A DNA stretch of 52,933 nucleotides from the NCBI RefSeq assembly GCF_001194135.2, contig NC_068997.1:3845420-3898352 (forward strand). Reading direction: 5' to 3'. This stretch comes from Octopus bimaculoides. Taxonomy: Eukaryota. Position numbers and translations under genes: made by a program. Below the pieces are notes generated by a model. That model worked only from the letters and a program-made list of their open reading frames with translations. It did no database searches and was not told where the DNA came from. Positions 46,794-52,933 of the stretch are shown here, in pieces. How positions within the stretch are numbered: position 1 is the stretch's first letter; each line of letters opens with the position of its first letter.

Positions 46794-46830
46794 CAATAAT
46801 AATAATAATAATAATAATAAATAATAATAA

Positions 46831-47160
46831 CTATGCCCGGATGCAGTACCAGGCAGTGGCTCTCATNNNNNNNNNNNNNNNNNNNNNNNNNNNNNNNNNN
46901 NNNNNNNNNNNNNNNNNNNNNNNNNNNNNNNNNNNNNNNNNNNNNNNNNNNNNNNNNNNNNNNNNNNNNNNNNNNNNNNNNNNNNNNNNNNNNNNNNNNN
47001 NNNNNNNNNNNNNATATGAGATCACCACGTCACGCACATATGGTTGTGATGCATGTGTTTGATGTACCCTTATCAGACATGTAGTCATGATGGGTATAAT
47101 GGGCTTTGTATATTTTACCCCAGTGTCACTTTGATGGCATACACTACTCTCTCACTTAAT
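46831..47160 (+). mobile_element. Short non-coding repeat embedded in (AAT)n, interrupted by gap
   Basis: Begins CTATGCCCGGATGCAGTACCAGGCAGTGGCTCTCAT after (AAT)n and ends GTGTCACTTTGATGGCATACACTACTCTCTCACTTAATAAG. Recalled as an abundant octopus repeat whose middle resembles 22405-22620; this link cannot be verified here because of the gap. Confidence 0.5.
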
Positions 47161-47553
47161 AAGAAGAAGATGAAGAAGAAGAAGAAGAAGAAGAAGAAGA
47201 AGAAGAAGAAGAAGAAGAAGAAGAAGAAGAAGAAGAAGAAGAAGAAGAAGAAGAAGAAGAAGAAGAAGAAGAAGAAGAAGAAGAAGAAGAAGAAGAAGAA
47301 GAAGAAGAAGAAGAAGAAGAAGAAGAATACTGTTGTAGTCATTATTAAGTTTGTTTATATAAATAACTTAAAGGGAAAAAACCTTTAACACTAATGGTGA
47401 CGAGTAATCATAAACGCCTTCACCATCATCATCATCATCATCATTGTCGGTATCATCATCATTATCATCGTCATCATCATCATCATCATTGTCATTATCT
47501 TTATCATCGACGACGCCGTGGTCTTTGGCGTCTTCGTTGTTGTCATTGTGTTT

Positions 47554-47594
<41 letters not shown>

Positions 47595-48172
47595 TATCAT
47601 CGCCGCCACCACCACCACTTCAGTCATCATCATCATCAACATCATCATCATATTGCAAGAACGACTCACAAATAACTCCAACACAAGATTTAATGACAGG
47701 TTGATGTATTCAATTTTAATTATTGAAAGCTTCATTACCATTAACGATGACATATACAGCTATATATATATATATATATATATATNNNNNNNNNNNNNNN
47801 NNNNNNNNNNNNNNNNNNNNNNNNNNNNNNNNNNNNNNNNNNNNNNNNNNNNNNNNNNNNNNNNNNNNNNNNNNNNNNNNNNNNNNNNNNNNNNNNNNNN
47901 NNNNNNNNNNNNNNNNNNNNNNNNNNNNNNNNNNNNNNNNNNNNNNNNNNNNNNNNNNNNNNNNNNNNNNNNNNNNNNNNNNNNNNNNNNNNNNNNNNNN
48001 NNNNNNNNNNNNNNNNNNNNNNNNNNNNNNNNNNNNNNNNNNNNNNNNNNNNNNNNNNNNNNNNNNNNNNNNNNNNNNNNNNNNNNNNNNNNNNNNNNNN
48101 NNNNNNNNNNNNNNNNNNNNNNNNNNNNNNNNNNNNNNNNNNNNNNNNNNNNNNNNNNNNNNNNNNNNNNNN

Positions 48173-48216
<44 letters not shown>

Positions 48217-49185
48217 TGCAGATATATAAAAATATATCCATACATATATGATATACGTGTATGCGTACAACGCACGTATGTGTGTATCTACGCACGTTTG
48301 TGCATGTCTTTCTAATGTCTTTATTCTCGAGAGTGACTAATTATCCAACAATTAATTCCAGTTAATTACAATTCGAGATTTGCAGTGGGAATTCAATGAT
48401 TTTAATTGTCTAATAACTGACACTGTTTTCTAGTAAGGGTTATTCCGAGTAAATCAATGATTCTTCACACACTTTCAGAGTGTTATAATCGCAGAAGTCT
48501 TGTTTTTTGTTGCTGGTGTTGATGTTGTTGTGGGTTGTAGTGGTGGTGGTTGTAGTGGTGGTGCTGGTAGCGGTGATAATGGTTATCATATTGGTCGTGG
48601 TGGTTGTGGTTGTGAGGTGACGTTGAAGCTATTGACCTTATTATTGGTGTTGGTGGAGTTGGTGTTATCGTTGGTGTTGTTGATGCTGATGGTGATTACT
48701 GCAATGGTTTAGGTCATAGTAGATGCTGTCAAGGTGGTGGTGTTATGGTGCCGGTGGCGGTGGCTGTGACGGCGGTGATGGCAGCGTAGCAGCTATGGTG
48801 GCAGCGGCGGCGGCGACGATGGTGGTGGTGCGGTGGATGTAGTCTTGATGGTAGCGGTGTCGTTATTGTTGTTCTTTTGGTCGTGTTGTTGTGTTTGGTG
48901 GTGGGGTATTGGTAATGGTGATGGTGTTGATGGTGATATCATTGTTGTTGTTGTTGTTGTTGTCAGTTGTGGATTGGTGGAGGTAATGCCAGTGGTGGTG
49001 CTGTTGCTGCTTGTGGTGCTGAACTTGTTAGAGGTGATGATGATAATTTGTTTAGTGTGGAGCTGTTTGTGTTTGTGATGGTGTTGTTGTTAATGTTATT
49101 GATGGTTCTGATAGCGTTGATGGTGACGGTATTGCAGTTGTTGTTTTTATTGGTGGTGGTGGTGGTGGTGGTGGTGGTGGTAATT
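47158..49185. repeat. Simple-repeat field: (AAG)n 47158-47326, (CAT)n 47420-47650, (TA)n/(TG)n round gap, degenerate (GGT/GTT/GAT)n 48500-49185
   Basis: Direct inspection; source of the poly-K/H/V/M ORFs. Confidence 0.92.
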
Positions 49186-49614
49186 GTAGTTGCGAAGCAA
49201 AGACGTTACTCACACAGCCATGCTAGCACCTAAATTAGACCTTAACATTTGATAGATACGAGCAACATACAAAAACGACCCATAGACATTTAAGTTTGTG
49301 TACAGCACAACCAGAAGCTTTTACCTATATAAAATTTATGTGATTCACCTTCATAGTTATTTCTTAATGTTTCACCAGAGCCAAATTCTTTCAAAACGTT
49401 GCGGTTTTCTAAATTTTTGCTGTAAAAAGCAAATGAAACGTATAAGTAATACAAATACTTGAAAAGAATATTGAATGACCACGATAAACATTTACTTCAT
49501 ATTGAAACAGTCCTATAAATATGGGTTATCATAAACATTTAGTTCATATTGNNNNNNNNNNATAAATATGGGTTATCATAAACATTTAGTTCATATTGAA
49601 ACAGTCCTATAAAT

Positions 49615-49830
49615 ATCGGTTTCAAATTCGGCAGAAGGCTAGCAATTTCGGAGGAGTGGATAAGTTGATTCCATCGACCCCAGTATTCAAATGGTGCTTA
49701 TTTTATCGACCCCGAAAACATGAAAGGCAAAGTCGACATCGCTAGTATTTGAACGCAGAACGTAAAGACGTACGAAACGCTTCTGAGCATTTTGTCCGGC
49801 GTGCTATCGATTTTGTCAGCTCAAGGCCTT
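49615..49830 (-). mobile_element. SINE B
   Basis: ATCGACCCCAGTATTCAAATGGTGCTTATTTTATCGACCCCGAAAACATGAAAGGCAAAGTCGAC...AGAACGTAAAGACG...GCATTTTGTCCGGCGTGCTA. Confidence 0.85.
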
Positions 49831-51323
49831 CACGTTCCTATAAATATTAACATAAAGGTATTTTATCATGGACTAGAATTTTATAATTTCGAAATTTTTG
49901 CCTATAATATTTCCGTTTTCCGCTTTTGCATTTTATTTCATCTTCTTTTTTTTTATTTTCTCAATTTCAATTTGAAATTTGAAAAAAAACTGAGATATTT
50001 CCAGAAATTACAATTGGTAGCGGATAAGGAAATCTAGAAAATGACTTACAAATTGAAACTTGAAAATTTAATTAGCATCAAAATTCAGATAAATGATATA
50101 CCAAATTTCACATTGTATTGATAAGAATACATACAGGTTTTCTGGCAAAATTTCGGTCCGTGTATAAATTTTAATTTCAAACAATCGAGATTCATAGAAA
50201 TTCCACTTTTTCTTTTTTTCCTAAACGTTCTTATTTCTATTTCGACGAACAAATTTATAAATCTTCATAACATTGTTTTTATTACTTTAAAGATTCTAAT
50301 GATGTCTTAGAATTCACTACGTAGTTAAGGCTCTCGAATGTATAACGCAAACTTCAGAACTTTAAAGATTTCGATTATGTCTTCGATGGTGTTCCATACT
50401 TACGTGCAACACGCGAACACCGTGTAGGATATTATAGAAGTGTCAGGACATGTAGAATAATATTATAGAAATCACCTACTAAAAATTCACTTTATGAAAC
50501 GTTTTAATTTTATGAGTTTCATATTTGGAACTGAAAATAACAAATAAAAGAAAAGGATAAATGAATAAAGCATTGCCCGGAATTTATCTTTTTTTTTTCT
50601 CTCTCTCTTTCAAGCATAATCATTCCTGTATCACAATGGAACAATTCTTCCTAGCATCCTAATTATAATCATGAATCCAAAAACAAAAACAGTTTTCTCT
50701 GTCGAAATGTGAAAGAACAATTGAATGGTGACTCGGAGAATCAATCAGTAAATGGAAAAGAAACAAAAGAAAAGTAAAAGAAATGATTTGTATCGAACTG
50801 AAATAGAATTTGAACCAAAGTTTTAGAGATAGAAGCAATTTTCGTATCAGTTGAATGTCAAGATTATCGGCAGAATCACTTTTGAGACTACCTTGTTCAG
50901 AAATGTTTCATGTTTTATATTAGAAAAGTAGACATTTGATGATAAAATCTTCTCTAAAGCGGATTTAAAAGCTCAGTCCTGTCGGATTAATGACATACGC
51001 ATTATGACAGATTTGCCTTCAAATTGAAACATTCAAGAGACAGTCACAAAATGGTATTTCATCCATGAATGGAATAATGAGAGCAGGATTTTTGTATTCA
51101 CTCAGCTATTTGTCTGCGATTTCCCAACGCATTTTGCATCTAAAGAAGGTTTCTATTTCGGTACTAAAAGGTCAAATTCAAGCATGATTATGGACAAATT
51201 ATTTGTATTTACTACAGGTGTTTGTGTGCACCTATTCATTTTTATCTCTGTTTCTCACACCCCTCTCTCTGTCTCACTTTCGCTCTCATATTCTCTCTAT
51301 TTATCTGACTCTCTTTCTTACTG

Positions 51324-51414
<91 letters not shown>

Positions 51415-52075
51415 CTGTGTATGTATATATATGTACATATGTATATATATATATATATATANNNNNNNNNNNNNNNNNNNNNNNNNNNNNNNNNNNNNNN
51501 NNNNNNNNNNNNNNNNNNNNNNNNNNNNNNNNNNNNNNNNNNNNNNNNNNNNNNNNNNNNNNNNNNNNNNNNNNNNNNNNNNNNNNNNNNNNNNNNNNNN
51601 NNNNNNNNNNNNNNNNNNNNNNNNNNNNNNNNNNNNNNNNNNNNNNNNNNNNNNNNNNNNNNNNNNNNNNNNNNNNNNNNNNNNNNNNNNNNNNNNNNNN
51701 NNNNNNNNNNNNNNNNNNNNNNNNNNNNNNNNNNNNNNNNNNNNNNNNNNNNNNNNNNNNNNNNNNNNNNNNNNNNNNNNNNNNNNNNNNNNNNNNNNNN
51801 NNNNNNNNNNNNNNNNNNNNNNNNNNNNNNNNNNNNNNNNNNNNNNNNNNNNNNNNNNNNNNNNNNNNNNNNNNNNNNNNNNNNNNNNNNNNNNNNNNNN
51901 NNNNNNNNNNNNNNNNNNNNNNNNNNNNNNNNNNNNNNNNNNNNNNNNNNNNNNNNNNNNNNNNNNNNNNNNNNNNNNNNNNNNNNNNNNNNNNNNNNNN
52001 NNNNNNNNNNNNNNNNNNNNNNNNNNNNNNNNNNNNNNNNNNNNGCTAAACTGGCAATATGACCAGCCGCAAGTC

Positions 52076-52116
<41 letters not shown>

Positions 52117-52705
52117 TACAATAAAAAATGGACAGGCAGTTGCTAATAACATCACTTTATTTATAAAATCGTTATACAGAAGTTAATATAAAGATGTATA
52201 AATTAATCAATAAAACAGGAAAATCGGGAATGAGAGAGCTCGCAGTCTTCTTTGTAGATGTATACCCTGATGGTTCATACTCTATAAGGAAAGACAGATA
52301 AAACAAACATAAACAAAAGTGAAGAGTGTCCGAGTAGTTATTTATAGTGAGTGTAATATGTAAGTGTAATTTATAGTGAGTGTAATATGTATAATATGTA
52401 AGTGTCCGATGAGCCGAACCTCACAATAAGGGTGTAAAGAGCACGAGCACTTATTTAGTATTGTTTCCGGGGTTTAGCACTCAGTAAATGTTGCATCGTA
52501 CATTATGTCTTCATATGCATGAAATAGATTGGTGTTAGCAGATGTGTATGAAATAACAAGTTTAGATTATATGAACTCTTACCCCATCATTAGAAGGAAA
52601 TAAAATTTAGCGAAGGAACATGTATCCGTTATGTGTGGTGGGGTGCAACGAAATCTTAGCGCTAAGCAGTGTTTAGGCATAGGCAACATTTAGGTTAGTC
52701 AAAAT

Positions 52706-52747
<42 letters not shown>

Positions 52748-52933
52748 GTAAAATAATGGTGATAAGAAATATTAGAAATTTCTACTACCAGTGGCCTAGC
52801 GTGTAAAAAAATTTAGTCAATAGACTATATATTATTCATATAAATACAGTGTACATTTAAACACTTAGGAGGTATCCGTCATAGGATTCCTTGCACGCTA
52901 GAAAGAACAGCTAAAATCCAGACCAAAATTGTT

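Noticed and set aside
52110-52502. Possible solo LTR (minus: TGTACG start, TATAAAT, AATAAA, internal tandem duplication)
   Set aside because: No matching CA end with a 4-6 bp TSD, and no PBS, PPT or internal domains.

Overview
Repeat-saturated, AT-rich animal genomic DNA from a gapped short-read scaffold with 12 N-gaps, most flanked by microsatellites. The dominant tRNA-derived SINEs match, from recall, the abundant octopus repeats, so the source is probably an Octopus genome; this is inference and no search was run. I find no host gene I can name, and nearly all ORFs in the track are microsatellite, gap or antisense artefacts. The window is a transposon graveyard. It holds three tRNA-SINE families (about 25 copies), six decayed R4/Dong-type (RLE) LINE pieces mostly abutting (TAA)n/(CAA)n, a Tx1/L1-like LINE lacking its endonuclease, an RTE 3' end and a Penelope-like RT. 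DNA transposons comprise six Tc1/mariner relics, a decayed hAT transposase, a hAT MITE with an 8-bp TSD and a probable Chapaev3-type fragment. The items most worth follow-up are: (i) an unclassified GC-rich, hairpin-rich island at 3014-3870 with a structured leader, a frameshifted ~98-codon ORF and a retroposon-like 3' end; (ii) hammerhead-ribozyme-like motifs near the Penelope RT, two of them in a 222-bp palindrome; (iii) a fold-back mariner made of two 5' ends; (iv) a 37-bp minisatellite split by a hAT MITE.
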